64,000 bases of DNA from NCBI GenBank assembly GCA_964016885.1, contig OZ024740.1, forward strand, positions 193,192,001 to 193,256,000. The letters are read 5' to 3'. The translations under genes were made by a program, and so were the position numbers. The notes beneath the pieces were generated by a model. The model was not told where the DNA came from. It ran no database searches and saw nothing but the letters and a program-made list of their open reading frames with translations. Source of the stretch: Eledone cirrhosa. Taxonomy: Eukaryota. Each line of letters begins with the position of its first letter. Position 1 is the first letter of the stretch. This document shows positions 14,584-26,772 of the stretch, one piece after another.

Positions 14584-16860
14584 TTGCTCCTGAAAATCAC
14601 TAAAGCAATCGACCAGTGCTACCACTCCAGAGTCCAATACCAGGAAAAACGGCTGAAGCGAAAATATGAGTGGATCTTGTCGAAACGCCACAACGAGAAC
14701 ATCGACACTAACGAGCAGACGGACCAGAACCACGTGGGAAACAACAACTTAACAACCGCCACTGCCGCATCCACCAACACCGAGCCATACCTCAACGATT
14801 CGACGCACCTGGTCACCGACCTAACCGGCACTCTCACGAGCGACGAGCTGAAACTCCTACAACTCGGACCCAAGTTCATCGTCTCACAACCTCTCGACGA
14901 CAGACTCAAACTCAACATCGAGGCCAACATTTGTCGAGCCGCTTACCAACTTAAATGGGTGACCGCCATCAACAGCGCCACAGAAAATAACACCGCCCAC
15001 GCAACCCACCCCAAGTTCCCCACTTACCACCTCGACAACCCACTCCATCCCCTACCCGCCAACCACGAACTCGACACTAAACTCATCAGGATAAAACACT
15101 CCATCTCGGATATACTTCACAAACACACACACACACGCACAACACATAACTTCACCAAATCTCAACTCACCACTCTCTCCAACCTAAAATCGAAGAACCT
15201 CATCTATCTCCCCTCCGACAAGGGAAAAGAATTCTGCGTCATCAGCAGAGAGGCCTACAACACCCTGGCCCTCCAACACCTTGACGATGACAACCTCTAC
15301 TCCAAGGTCACGGGAATCACTCCCGCGCAGATAGAAGAGCACATCAACGGCGCCTGGACCAACATCTGCGACCGGCGGAAGCTCCCGAAGAAGCTGAGAT
15401 ACAACCTCCTCACGAGGAACAGCAGACTACCCGCCTTCTACCACCTCGTGAAAACACACAAACAGGGACCCAACCTGAAGATCAGGCCCATCGTATCGAG
15501 CGTGGAGGGACCACTCTACAAAATGTCATGGCTCCTAGCCAGAATACTCAAACCCATCTTAGACACCTTGCCGGGACACGTTAACAGCTCCGAGGAGGTG
15601 TTGAAGCGCCTGCATCAAATGGATCCCAACACTAGAAGGAATAACAGCCTTGATGTAGTCGCTCTCTACACCTCGGTCCCGGCACTCCCGGCCGTCAATA
15701 TACTGATGGAACTGTCCAATCCACCGACCTACACTGCTTCGGGCTCACCACCACTGACATCCACCAACTGACATCCATCGTCGTCGACAACACCTACTTC
15801 GGATTCCTTGACCAAACATACCAACAAACCTCGGGATTGCCCATGGGATCAAGCCTATCAGGTGTGCTAGCGATCTCTTACATGGACAACCTCGAAAGCA
15901 AGGCACTCAATGCCTGAAACCCCAACGCCGTAGCCTTTTTCTCAAGGTACGTGGACGATATCCTCATCCTCACATCTTCCCAAGACACGGCGAACAGAAT
16001 CTATGAGACGTTCAACAACACGGACGAGAATATTGACTTCAGTGTTGAACACCCCCAACGAAGACGGGTCACTTGCCCTTCTCGACTTCCGAATCAACAT
16101 CACGGAACAGGGAAGGACGCACTGCAACTTCTACCGAAAGGCAGCCTGCAGGAACCTGTTCGTTCATTACAAGTCCGCCCTCCCTAACAGTGCCAAAAGA
16201 GGATACATCACGAACGAGATCGCGTGAATCAAAAACAGATGCAGCGATCCCGCGAGTGGTGTCACTCATACCAAGCGATTCCTCGAGGTGCTGGAGACGA
16301 ACGGGTACCCTACCTTGATCACAGACATAATAGGAGACACCAGACGCAAGAGACAGAGAGGCACCCAAGGCACGTGCTTCCTTAAAATGCTACACCTGGG
16401 CGAGAATACCACCAACTCTATCCGCAAGGCTATACGGAGGGAGGGCCTCGACATCCACCTGGCCCACTCGGGTCCCTCCCTGCGAAGATGCCTCTCCAGG
16501 AAACCCGGGAAATCTAATGACGCATGCTCCCTCAGAGACTGCCCGATACGCCATGCGAACTGTTGCCTACGCACATACGTCGTGTATAAGATAGAATGTG
16601 ACAGGAGCAACCAATACTACATAGGTAGCACAATCCGACCTTTGCACATCCGGATCAAGGAACACACTATAACCAGGGCCTTGTCTTTCCGGAAACACAT
16701 AGACAAATGCAGAAACAAAGACGGAAGGCCCATTGTCACAATTCTAGCGACTGAAAGAAACGTCGGCACGTTACGTATCAAGGAAGCGCTTTTTATCAAA
16801 CGCCTGCAACCGCAAATAAACAACCGATCAGAGAGAAGCGAAATGAGATGGCTAGTTTAA
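14584..16860 (+). pseudogene. PLE reverse transcriptase + GIY-YIG endonuclease (frameshifts, 2 in-frame TGA)
   Basis: Motifs LGPKF, PSDKG, FYHLVKTHK..IRPIVS, SLDVVALYTSVP, QTSGLPMGSSLS, FFSRYVDDIL, LALLDF, YRK, NGYP, VVYKIECD..YYIGST.R.L..RIKEH, EALFI..L.P.IN. Confidence 0.92.
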
Positions 16861-17266
16861 GCTAACAAACGATGCAGCAACACACGCACACACACACACA
16901 CACACACAAACGAACGAGACAACTACACACACACACGCACACACACACAGTAGCATTCCACCATACGAACATACTACACTGCCAATACAGAGGAACAAGG
17001 CAACAACACACGCACACACACACACACTCAAGCGAGACAACAACACACGCACACACGCACACAGTAACATTTAACAAACAGGCAGAGAATGGACTGACAG
17101 CTAGCGCCACCCCACTCCCTAATTCGGCCGCTGACCTCTGCCCGACCGACCCCATTTCATGCGCACGCGCTCTCTGCCGAACACCTCAGATATTCAAAAC
17201 AACAAACAACGGAGGACGCGTTTCGCACCTGTCCGACAGACAACCTTTCCCCCACCCCGGAAAAAA

Positions 17267-17302
17267 CCCCAGTTGATGGATGTGAATCCGAAATATATAG
17301 GG
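17267..17302 (+). ncRNA. Hammerhead-like motif with atypical core (CAGUUGA)
   Basis: CCC-CAGUUGA-U-GGAU guga AUCC-GAA-AUAUAU-A-GGG, located at the start of the PLE pLTR. Core and stem II are conserved at 19558-19592 with a different loop. Confidence 0.6.
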
Positions 17303-17510
17303 ACTATTAAATCTCTCCCAAGGTAACTTTCTCTCGTGTTGTTATTTTTATTTTATCCTTTATACTCTTTCCTTCATTCTTCTACACATCTCATACACAC
17401 CACGCATCTCAACGTACACCCACTTACATCTCTCTCTCCACCACCGGATCTTGTTACCCGGAGATTTACCCATTTGCATTGTCGAGGCTTCCAAACGACT
17501 TAAAGATATT

Positions 17511-17565
<55 letters not shown>

Positions 17566-17567
<2 letters not shown>

Positions 17568-18430
17568 TTTAGTACAGCATTAACGAAGCTTTAGTTTGCA
17601 GCCAAGCTAACGAATACAAATACGGTATGTAGCTTTATCACTCGATAGGGAATAGTACCTCAGAGGAATAAGAATACGTTTAGACAGCTTATCAAATCAA
17701 ATATAACGATCGGCAGTCCAGCAGCATTACCACAGCAACGAAAATGTTTGAACTCAGGAAAAGATTTTAGACTGAACTGGACATAACGCTGAAAGCAACA
17801 TAACGCTGAAAGCAACATATTATGAATATCGTATAGCATACGATATACATCACATACAACACACAACATACACGCTAGGTTTCTGCAAATCGACAAATTC
17901 CGCTTGCTGTGGTCTGCAAGTTAATGGTCTTATACGACAGAACAAAGGATTTACTTCTTCAACAAGTCTTGTGTTCTTTAGCCTCGGCGGGTATGTTCTA
18001 GCAGTAAATTTCGGTATAGACACGTGGTTTTCTCCAAGGGACGTAACCCCCTTGTTGGCGGTGAATTCGAAATTTGAGACAAAGGAATGAAATTCCCTTA
18101 GACAAACCGAATTAATCACTCAACCAGAAGTCATCAAACAAAAATAAACAATTAATTAATCAATAGATTTTTCCAATTAAATTAATCAGTTAATCGTTAA
18201 TTCTAGGAGTTAAAATACAAATTTTAGTACAGCATTAACGAAGCTTTAGTTTGCGGCCAAGCTAACGAATGCAAATTCGGTATGAAGCTTTAGCACTCGA
18301 TAGGGAATAGTACCCCAGAGTAATAACAATACGTTTAGACAGCTTAGCAAATCAAATATAGTGATCGGCAGTCCAGCCGCATTACCACAGCAACGAAATG
18401 GTTGGACTCAGGAAAATATTTTAGACTGAC
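17566..18430. mobile_element. Non-coding unit with ~210-bp direct terminal repeats, flanked by (TA)n
   Basis: attttagtacagcattaacgaagc...ttttagactga occurs at ~17566-17775 and ~18221-18430. Confidence 0.65.
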
Positions 18431-18457
18431 CTATATATATATATATATATATATATA

Positions 18458-18655
18458 GGAAAATGTTCAAGACCCCGAAAATGTTCAAGCCGTTTCGACG
18501 GGTATTTCTGGACTCAGAAATAGCCGTTGAAACGGCTTGAGCTCTGCCGTCGGGGTGTGGAACATTTTCCTAATACCCACTCTACTACTCTAAGTATTGA
18601 GTACTTTGGTGCCTTATGGTCCATCTGGTTGCTTACAACACTTCCTTCGTTATAT
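18458..18655 (+). mobile_element. Small hairpin-headed repeat in (TA)n (second copy at 48081-48278)
   Basis: tcaagccgtttcga..tagccgttgaaacggcttga hairpin plus shared tail cccactctactac..agtattgagtact..tatggtccatctgg. Confidence 0.7.
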
Positions 18656-18847
18656 GTATATAATATATATGAAGAAAACACACAGATGTACAAAACGTTT
18701 TATTTCTTTCACACTTTATATTGCACGCTTTATATTGCAAAGAGGAAAGAAAGTTCAGCCTGTCGGGCTTAAACACTTTTTCGGGAGGACAAATAGAGAT
18801 ACGTTAATAATGGAGAAAAAGAATGCCCAGTAAAGACACAAAAAACA

Positions 18848-18941
<94 letters not shown>

Positions 18942-19068
18942 GATAAATCTACCAAAAATATACGGTAGTGTCCAATCCGTATGAAGAACTCAATGTAATC
19001 CAAATATCATGAAAGAGAAGCTGTATTCAAAAGTTTTTTCGATGAAAATCACAGGAAAACAGAGTCAA

Positions 19069-19438
19069 GTTAAATTAATAAAAACAATGAATAAAAACAA
19101 AGAAACAGTTCCTGATATAAAAAAAATTCATCATTTTACGATCGTTTCTAGGATATATATGTGTGTGTTGGTATGTATATAATATAGATCTATGTAAACA
19201 TTTTACAAACTATCAGAGGGAATATACATACCTACACATATATATGCTGCCTTCTGAAGACACCATATATGTGTAGGTATGTATATTCGCACTTATAGTT
19301 TGTAAATTTTTTACATAGATCTATATCATATACATACCAACATACACATATATATCCTAGAAACGATCGTAAAATGATGAATTGTTTAATATAAGGAACT
19401 GTTTCTTTGTTTTTATTCATTGTTTTTATTAATTTAAA
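19069..19438. mobile_element. Fold-back pLTR element with long-stem-II hammerhead
   Basis: Arms ~19069-19246 and ~19264-19438 are inverted. Plus strand has CTGAAGA (19254) ... GAA-ACGATCGT-A (19360-19371). Confidence 0.75.
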
Positions 19439-19451
19439 TATATATATATAA

Positions 19452-19502
<51 letters not shown>

Positions 19503-19504
19503 CA

Positions 19505-19760
19505 CCAGAGGCCACGTGGCGTCCCTCTCCGACTAAAGACTTTCCACCTCGGAATACCCCCAGTTGATGGATGCGAAATCCGAAATATAGTGATAATTAA
19601 ATCACTTCCAAGGTAACTCTATATCGTGTTATTATGTTTACACTCCTTTCTACATTCCTCTATACCCTATACGTCTCAATCTACGTTTCCTCTTACGTCT
19701 CTCTCATTACCACCTGATTCTGTTACCCGGAGATTTACCCATCTGCATTGTTGAGGCTTT
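19505..19760 (+). mobile_element. Solo pLTR of the 14.3-17.5 kb Penelope family
   Basis: Homologous to ~17215-17490 (cccagttgatggat..atccgaaatata; caaggtaact; tgttacccggagatttaccca..tgcattgt.gaggctt). Confidence 0.8.
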
Positions 19761-19779
19761 AGGGCTTTTAGGGACTGTG

Positions 19780-20195
19780 TGAAAACAACTTTTTACGAAC
19801 GTTGGCCTCCGTATTGGGGATTGTGATCACTCATTGTGGAGGGGGATTATAAAGATCTCGATTAAAGATTGAAAAAGGTTGTGAGGAAGAGCCTGAACTT
19901 ATATTCAATGGGTGTGAGAGAACCTGCTTCAGCAAAGATGGATTAAAATGACCCCAAAAGAACATTATATATAGGTCTAATGTAGATTATGTTGCTGTGC
20001 TTGATGTAATAAGCTTCCTCAAATGTGATAAAGACTATCTATCAGAAGGAGGCCTGAATCGGTACATGAAAGTACATGGCAACCAACCACCGATTCCTGT
20101 TGCCAAAGGCCATGTCCATTATATCTGTGAGAGAGAATGTAGGGTTCTTGCTGGCCTAAAACTCACAACCGTGCCACGCACACGCAGAACTATTT
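19780..20195 (+). mobile_element. Decayed LINE 3' end with C2H2-like zinc-finger remnants
   Basis: Remnants GCERTCFSKDGLK, KCDKDYLSEGGLNRYMKVH and ICERECRVLAGLK resemble RTE-type C-terminal fingers. Confidence 0.45.
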
Positions 20196-20297
20196 AAAAA
20201 AAATTCAAGCGATGGCTATACTCGAAAAAGGTAGCTTCCATTTCAAATGCATGCATGTATGTATATATGTATAAATATGTATGTATATATGTATATG

Positions 20298-20360
<63 letters not shown>

Positions 20361-21647
20361 AGAGAGAGATAGAGATAGAGAGAGAGAACATATGTAGGCG
20401 TATGTCTTGGGGTGGGAGATTAGTGAATATATTTCTCCTCTGAATATTTCATCTAAATTGTTTGCTACAATCTACATTAAATATTTAAAAGCTACATCTT
20501 AATATGTTTATGCAAATTGTATATTCAGAAAACTAAGGAGGATACGATTAAGCTCTGAATGGTAGAAGAATTATGTGATACAGCTGATGCGAACAGTAGA
20601 TATTTAACTAAAGTGGTTGCTGAAGAATGTTAATGTATTCATTTAGAGTTGTTAGAAGTCACTGTCCTCTGGTCCATGTGATATTTCAAATCTTAAAATT
20701 ATTCGAGTTGAAGTTATTCTGCCACGTCAACACTAATTGGAACACTAAACCTGTATGCCTGCAATAACATAAGTAACAAGATTCAACAATCCTAATGTTT
20801 ACTGCAATACTATATGAAAGCATTCATATGACATAATACTTGCTGTCAGCCTGGCTGAATAAATCAAACTGTTCTAGTATCAGCTGCTCAATGATAGGTT
20901 CGTGGTTTAGCCTGTAGCTGTGGAAACTTCCGGTATTCTTGGCCCCCGGACCACATCCCTGCTTACTGCTATCAGAGTAGATTTGGCTAACCGCAAGTGT
21001 GAGCCCCTCGAGGTGAGGAAGCTTTTCCACCCGCCAACCCCGTTCTCAACAGCAATATCTTTCTTCATCCCGTCGGCAAGGAGCATGAGGTGGGCTGTTC
21101 CTTAAGTTTCATTTTAATGTGGCATGTGGAATAGATTTATTTCCAGAAAGAAATTATTGTGAAACATTTTTTTTTTGTATAGTCTCCTCGCAGTTTCTAC
21201 CTAGAGAAGGCATATGACGTAAACTACCAGAGTCGTCTTCCAGACTTTGTCTGACAGTTATTTATCATATCGTTATAGTTTTAATTGTTTGTTTGTAGTT
21301 ATTTATTAAAAAACGAATACAGATTGACAAATGAAATTTGTTTTTTCATTGTTGAAATTGATACATAATGACGTCTTAAATATAATGTATGTAGCATGAA
21401 TGTGCAGGCGTGTGAGTGAGAGAGACAGTGTAAATGTGAGAGTATATATGTATATATACTGTTGCCGCTTCCAACAAAATAGGAGACTGCCTCTCTTAAG
21501 GTGTGTCGCAACCTAGTTCAGACGTGTTTCTAGTGCTCTCTCTCTCTCTCTCTTTTTCTTTCTTTCTTTCTTTCTTTCTCTCTCTCTATCTATCTATCTC
21601 TCACCCGCTTCGTTTACACGCACACACACAGATACTCACACACACAA

Positions 21648-21679
<32 letters not shown>

Positions 21680-21689
21680 GTAGAATCAA

Positions 21690-21785
21690 GACGTATCTGA
21701 GGACTTTGCGATTTTCAGTGTCAGGTTCGATCATCACATTGATCGTGCCTCGAGCTTGTCGCCAGAGAAACGATTGTAATATGTC
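21690..21785 (+). ncRNA. Type-I hammerhead ribozyme in a solo element between (TA)n tracts
   Basis: Stem I GACGUAU/AUAUGUC, core CUGAGGA, extended stem II (GCGA/UCGC plus inner CGAUCA/UGAUCG), then GAA-ACGAUUGU-A. Confidence 0.75.
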
Positions 21786-21827
21786 CAATCAATTCTAATC
21801 GTCGTAACACTGATTCTCTTTTTTTCT

Positions 21828-21886
<59 letters not shown>

Positions 21887-22389
21887 AGAGTGAATGGGGG
21901 TGTTACAAAAAGAAATATGCAAATATGCAAAATATAAAGTTACATTGGTTAATTGTTCGTAAGGTATTTGTGAGTTGCGTGTGTATTTGAATGTGTTTTG
22001 CATATATCTCTGGGTAAATATATGAAAATTTAGATATTTAGTTAAACCGATCGTAAATCTGTGTAACGTTTCTATTCTTTGATTATGTCATGTATTTTAC
22101 ACATTAAAAATATTCTTGCCAGAGAAAAAAGGAATAATAAAATAGAAACGTGAAGGGAAAGTTCAGATAAAACTTAAGATGCCTCATAGGCAAAATGTTT
22201 TTGTACACATGAATTTTTATAGTTGCTCTCAGAATATATTTGAATTTTTAAAGAGCTTACTGGAGTGAACCGTTAGCGCCATTAACATCATTGCCACCAA
22301 CGCATCCGCATCCATCGCCATCATCACCATCATATGATCATCAACGCCCCCCAACCTTAAGTCGGCTTAAATTTTGCGAAGAGGGCCAT

Positions 22390-22710
22390 GGCAGACACAA
22401 AAATATATACCACAATCACATATAGCAACAACAAATTTAGCAATACAATCACAAACAACATGAACAACGACAACAACAATAGCCACAACAACAACAACTT
22501 CACCGAGAGCAACAACAGCAGCAAGAATAACAGCAACAGTGACAACACCAACAAGAACAACGACAGCAACACTAAGAACAACTGCAATAATGACAACACC
22601 AACAACATTAAGAAGAACGACGACAAAATCAACAACACTATAGTCAACGAAAAACAGCAAAACTGCAACAACGAAATGAACGACGACAACAACAACAGCA
22701 TCAACAAAAT
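22390..22710. repeat. Degenerate (AAC)n low-complexity tract
   Basis: Direct reading; gives a poly-Asn ORF artefact. Confidence 0.85.
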
Positions 22711-22869
22711 GAGTACGTTCGCAGCCTCACAAGCAAAAAGAACTTACAGAGAAAAAGGAACGTTTAGCCCAAGTGGAAACAATTATTACAGTAAAGCTGG
22801 GCCAATTTAAATATCCCTGCAGAGGTAACGACAGCAAAGGTGCAGAGAACTCTAAAATATTGATGCATT

Positions 22870-24620
22870 TCAGTCAAATCTCGAAAATGCGAGAATGCCG
22901 CCGAAGGACAAGTAGAGGTAGCACTGGAATGTACCTATAATGATGACATAGACCATATAACGAGGGCCAGATAATTTGGGAGAATCTTGGTGCTTTTCAT
23001 AACGGAACCCCTTGTTATGAAGCATTCTATGGTCCCCTGAAAAACAGACCAAATCATTTTGTCCCCGTCCTACATGGGGAGGAGAACAGTTAGGATCATT
23101 GTTCCCAGGATTTCTCCAGGACTGGATTTATGGTGGCTCCCAGAATGCATGACGGTAGTGGGCCCTGACACCTTCCTCGAATTTAAATTCACAAAGAGAG
23201 AGAGAGGTGGTCCGGCATTTGTTTGGAGATTCTTCTCAAATCAGAATTGAAGACATAAAAAACATACTGAACCACATCAAACTCCTGGACGGGTACGAAA
23301 GCCCGGTAATCAAGGAGGGCAAACGGCTGCATTGTTTAGTGTGTGGTGAAGCGACACACCTGAGAAACTATCGCGCCCAATGGGGGCGCAATCCTCCGTT
23401 ACTGCGAACACTGGTGTTGGGATGAGGGACAACACTAACAGCAACAGAAAATGAAACAGCAACATTAACAACAAGGACAATTAAATCTACCAAGGGTGTC
23501 GCCCGAACAAGCTCTCCCTCTCCCCCATTTCAAACGCCGTTCGGCCTCGTCTTCAGAAGCTGGATCGATGCATTGCATAGCGGCATTTGCTCGGTGGTCA
23601 AAGCTAATGATCACCTCCCAGAACCGTTTCTGATCTCCCGATTAGTCCGCCAAGGGTGCCCTCTCTCCTCCCTTATGTACGCATTCACTCTCGAACCTGT
23701 ACTGCGGAAACTGGAGCTGTTGCAGGGCATCGCGCTCGAACCGGGATATGGAAGGGCTGTGTCGGCTATACGGACATCACTGTGAAGATGTCGGACACCT
23801 CGGAAATCAAGGTATTCGGCAACTTTTTGGAGGAATATGAAAGACTGACGGGAGCGAAACTTAATCCGGAAAAGATGGTGGCCTTGCAGCACGGCATCTG
23901 GAGAAGCAAGTTCATGCTAACCAACAGCGTGGTTATGCGCTAGATGGCTGCACCGGTAAAGTTGCTCGGGCTTTGGTTAGTCCCAGACCTCCAGGTGGAT
24001 AAGTATTAGGACGAGGTGACGTGCTGGGTAGACAGTTTCACCCAGAAATGGGCTGCGGGGAAGCTGTCACAGAAAGATCGGGTGAAGGTGGTGAATGCGT
24101 ACAACGCGTCCGTCATCTACTACCACCTGAGAGTCTTGCTTTTCCCCCCACCCGCGTCTCGTTACGTTGGAACGGCTCCTCTTAAATTTTTTGTGGATGG
24201 GACAGACATTTTTCTATTCAGCCAATTCCTGGTCAACTTTTTTAAGTTTCACTTGGAAAGGAAAGTGAGGATGGAGAGAGTATTGCTGCCACACAGGACA
24301 TTTGCTGAAAAGTAGGTGAATGTGTCGGGAATGGCCCGTGTGAGTGGGCCTACTCTGATCATGCGCCTGTAGGCTTGTGACTTTGAGGAGGAGAGAGGTG
24401 CCCTTACTGGGTGCCCTCGAAGCGTAGGTTGGTTCAGGATTGGTGGGGTAACTGAGTCAACCCAGGGTGGTTATCCCCACACTTGGGGAACATTTCATTG
24501 TCGTATTTTTCATGTTTGTTTTTATTGTTTTCCTATTTTTTCTTGATTTTTATGTAAAACACCCACTGTCCCTATTTATTGTCCCATATATGTCAGCCCT
24601 TGTGGCCAATAAATGAAAAC
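22870..24620 (+). mobile_element. Internally deleted, decayed Tx1/L1-clade LINE
   Basis: ORF1 zinc-knuckle remnant CLVCGEATHL. RT remnant LVRQGCPLSSLMYAFTLEPVLRKL..VSAY-[AD]DITV. Also YERLTGAKLNPEK and KW...LS..DRV.VVNAY. AATAAA at the 3' end. Confidence 0.75.
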
Positions 24621-24654
24621 ACTATTATTATTATTATTGTTGTTGTTGTTGATT

Positions 24655-25040
24655 ATTCTCCCAGTTTCTCACGCTGGAGATGTATTACAGTTTTATCTGT
24701 TCACTACCATAATATTGGAGATGTTCCAAGCAATGTTGTTGTTTTGTTTTTTTTGTAAATCTTCCATCCGTATTCCTATCCCTATCTGTTTAGTGTACTT
24801 CTCAAGATATTTACCCACTCTTCAAAAGTCACCAACTATTATCGGTTTTAGCGCCACGTTTTTCAGTGCCCACAACTACTTAACAACCTAAGCTAAATTC
24901 TCATATCTACCAATTGTTTTCCTGCTTTATCGCATACCTTGTTATCATCAAGACTATATCTATGATCTAACACAGTTTCTTTTCTTTCTTAATTAATACA
25001 ATATCTGGTCTCCTATGCTCAATCTGGTGTTCACACCGAT
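24655..25040 (-). mobile_element. R4/Dong-type RLE retrotransposon 3' fragment (third family)
   Basis: HQIEHRRPDIVLIKKEKKLC..DI; end LLGTS; 3' end abuts (TAA)n at ~24622-24655. Confidence 0.65.
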
Positions 25041-25149
25041 ACTGCAAATGAGATGAGATACGGGACAGCATGAACATTCTCACTGAGAAATGGACATAAA
25101 GAAAGCAATCGCTGAATGATCGGGGAGACATGTTGAATACATATATTGC

Positions 25150-25680
25150 CACCATCAAACTATCGCTTGTTTATCATGTATTATCACGTCTGAAATAAAG
25201 GAGGGACTAATTTTAAGATTTTCTTTCACCACAAGGAAAGAGGTTGTGTGTTAGACAAGTTTGAAGGAGTTAAAAACAAAGATTTTCACTTCGTCAATGC
25301 CCTGATTAACATTTTCAGGTTTCACTTGAGGCGAAAAATCAGAGTGGAGAGCAAGTGCTGCCCTCCAGCCAATTTGTTGAAAAGTACATACCAGTAGTGA
25401 TCATAATTCGAGTAAATGGGTCCGCTCTGAGTAAGCTCCTGAAGACTGGAAGTGGACAATTGGAAGGAGTTGCTTGCTCTAGTTGTCAGGTTGGCCGCAG
25501 CAATTTGTGAGTTTTAAACAGGAATAAGCCTTGGAAGTCCCCCTATATTTTCGTTGTTTGAATATATTCATATATTTGTTGTTTGTTTAAATGCACAACA
25601 CCACATTGAATCTTTCTACAACGTATTCTTCATTTTGTGATGTTTTATTGACATACATCTTGTGTAGCTAATAAAAAATG
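25150..25680 (+). mobile_element. Tx1/L1-like 3' fragment
   Basis: ttttcaggtttcacttgaggcgaaaaatcagagtggagag parallels 24240-24280; ends in AATAAAA before (TTA)n. Confidence 0.5.
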
Positions 25681-25704
25681 CTTTATTATTATTATTATTA
25701 TTAT

Positions 25705-26757
25705 TACAGTTGCATTTATCTTGCTTTATGGTCATACGAGTTATCCCCAAGTCACAACCAGTGACCTCAAGAGAAAACAAGGTGCGCCATTTTCAAGAAA
25801 GAACATACATACACACACATGTATCTTTAGGTGTTTAGACATGTGATGTACTTATATTGACAGAATCTTCCTTAGTATATGGGCAGTTCCCATTAGTACT
25901 ATCTTATGTATTTCTCCTATACGCGGGTTTCCTGGGATTTGCGAAAAGTAATCATTAGACCCCTTAGGTATTGTTTTAGTTCTCAATTTCCACAGTTTTC
26001 CAATTTCTATCTCCAGGTCCTTATACTTGCTCAATTTTTCAAATGTTTTTATAGATAAATTCTTATCTCTTGGAACGGACATATCAATTAGCAGGCATAC
26101 ACTCTTTTTAAAGTCCTTCAGTATTATATCAGGTATATTTGCATCTATTTTTCGGTCTGTTTGGATGTTAACATTCTACAAGATTGAGATGTGATCTTTT
26201 TCAAGTATGTGAGGTGGATGATGCTCCCACCAATTCTTTTGATTGAGCAGGTGAAAATGCTTACACATTATCCAATGTGCAGCTCTGTCATGCCTGTTTA
26301 GGTATTCGGTTGGAGCTATAGGACTGCACATTGGAATTATATGATCAATGGTCTCTGGTTGTTTTTTACATACATGGCATAATGGGTTGCATCCATGTTT
26401 TATTATGTTGGCCTGGTAATTTGTTATTGGCAGACACTGATCTTGTGCTGATATAATCAGTCCTTCAGTCTCCGATTTCGGTCCAGAGGATGCCAACCAC
26501 TGATGGGTTAAATTCTGTCAACATCAGGATTGTTAGCTCTTTCTGGGTATTTTCCATACAGATGCTTTTCTTGCTATTTCTTAGCCAGTTTCTGTAGCAG
26601 TTCTTTCTTTGCAGTTACTTTTACCTGGTTTGTTTTTTATGTGTTTTCCATTATTTTCCAAATTTGTAGTCCATTACTGTATCTTTGTGCATGTTTGTAA
26701 TGGAGTATGATCTGTTGATGCTTTCGTGTTGCAAAACGAGTTTGATCATCCAATCAT
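25705..26757 (-). mobile_element. R4/Dong family A, 5'-truncated, decayed
   Basis: ETEGLIISAQDQ, CHVC..ETIDHII.MC, RHD, PDII, KLSKYKDL, LMGTAHILRKILS; 3' end abuts (TAA)n. Confidence 0.88.
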
Positions 26758-26772
26758 ATTATTATTATTATT

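Larger units (their letters stand above)
14270..17513 (+). mobile_element. Penelope-like retroelement, 5'-truncated with inverted pLTR, inserted next to (TA)n
   Basis: 14270-14396 is the reverse complement of 17386-17513. Internal RT + GIY-YIG coding region, then a CA-rich 3' UTR and pLTR. Confidence 0.9.

Noticed and set aside
15915-16227. In-frame TGA codons in the PLE ORF as possible selenocysteine (as in some Naiad PLEs)
   Set aside because: The copy also has frameshifts, the second TGA fits CGA (Arg) decay, the endonuclease is C-terminal rather than Naiad-type, and I saw no SECIS.
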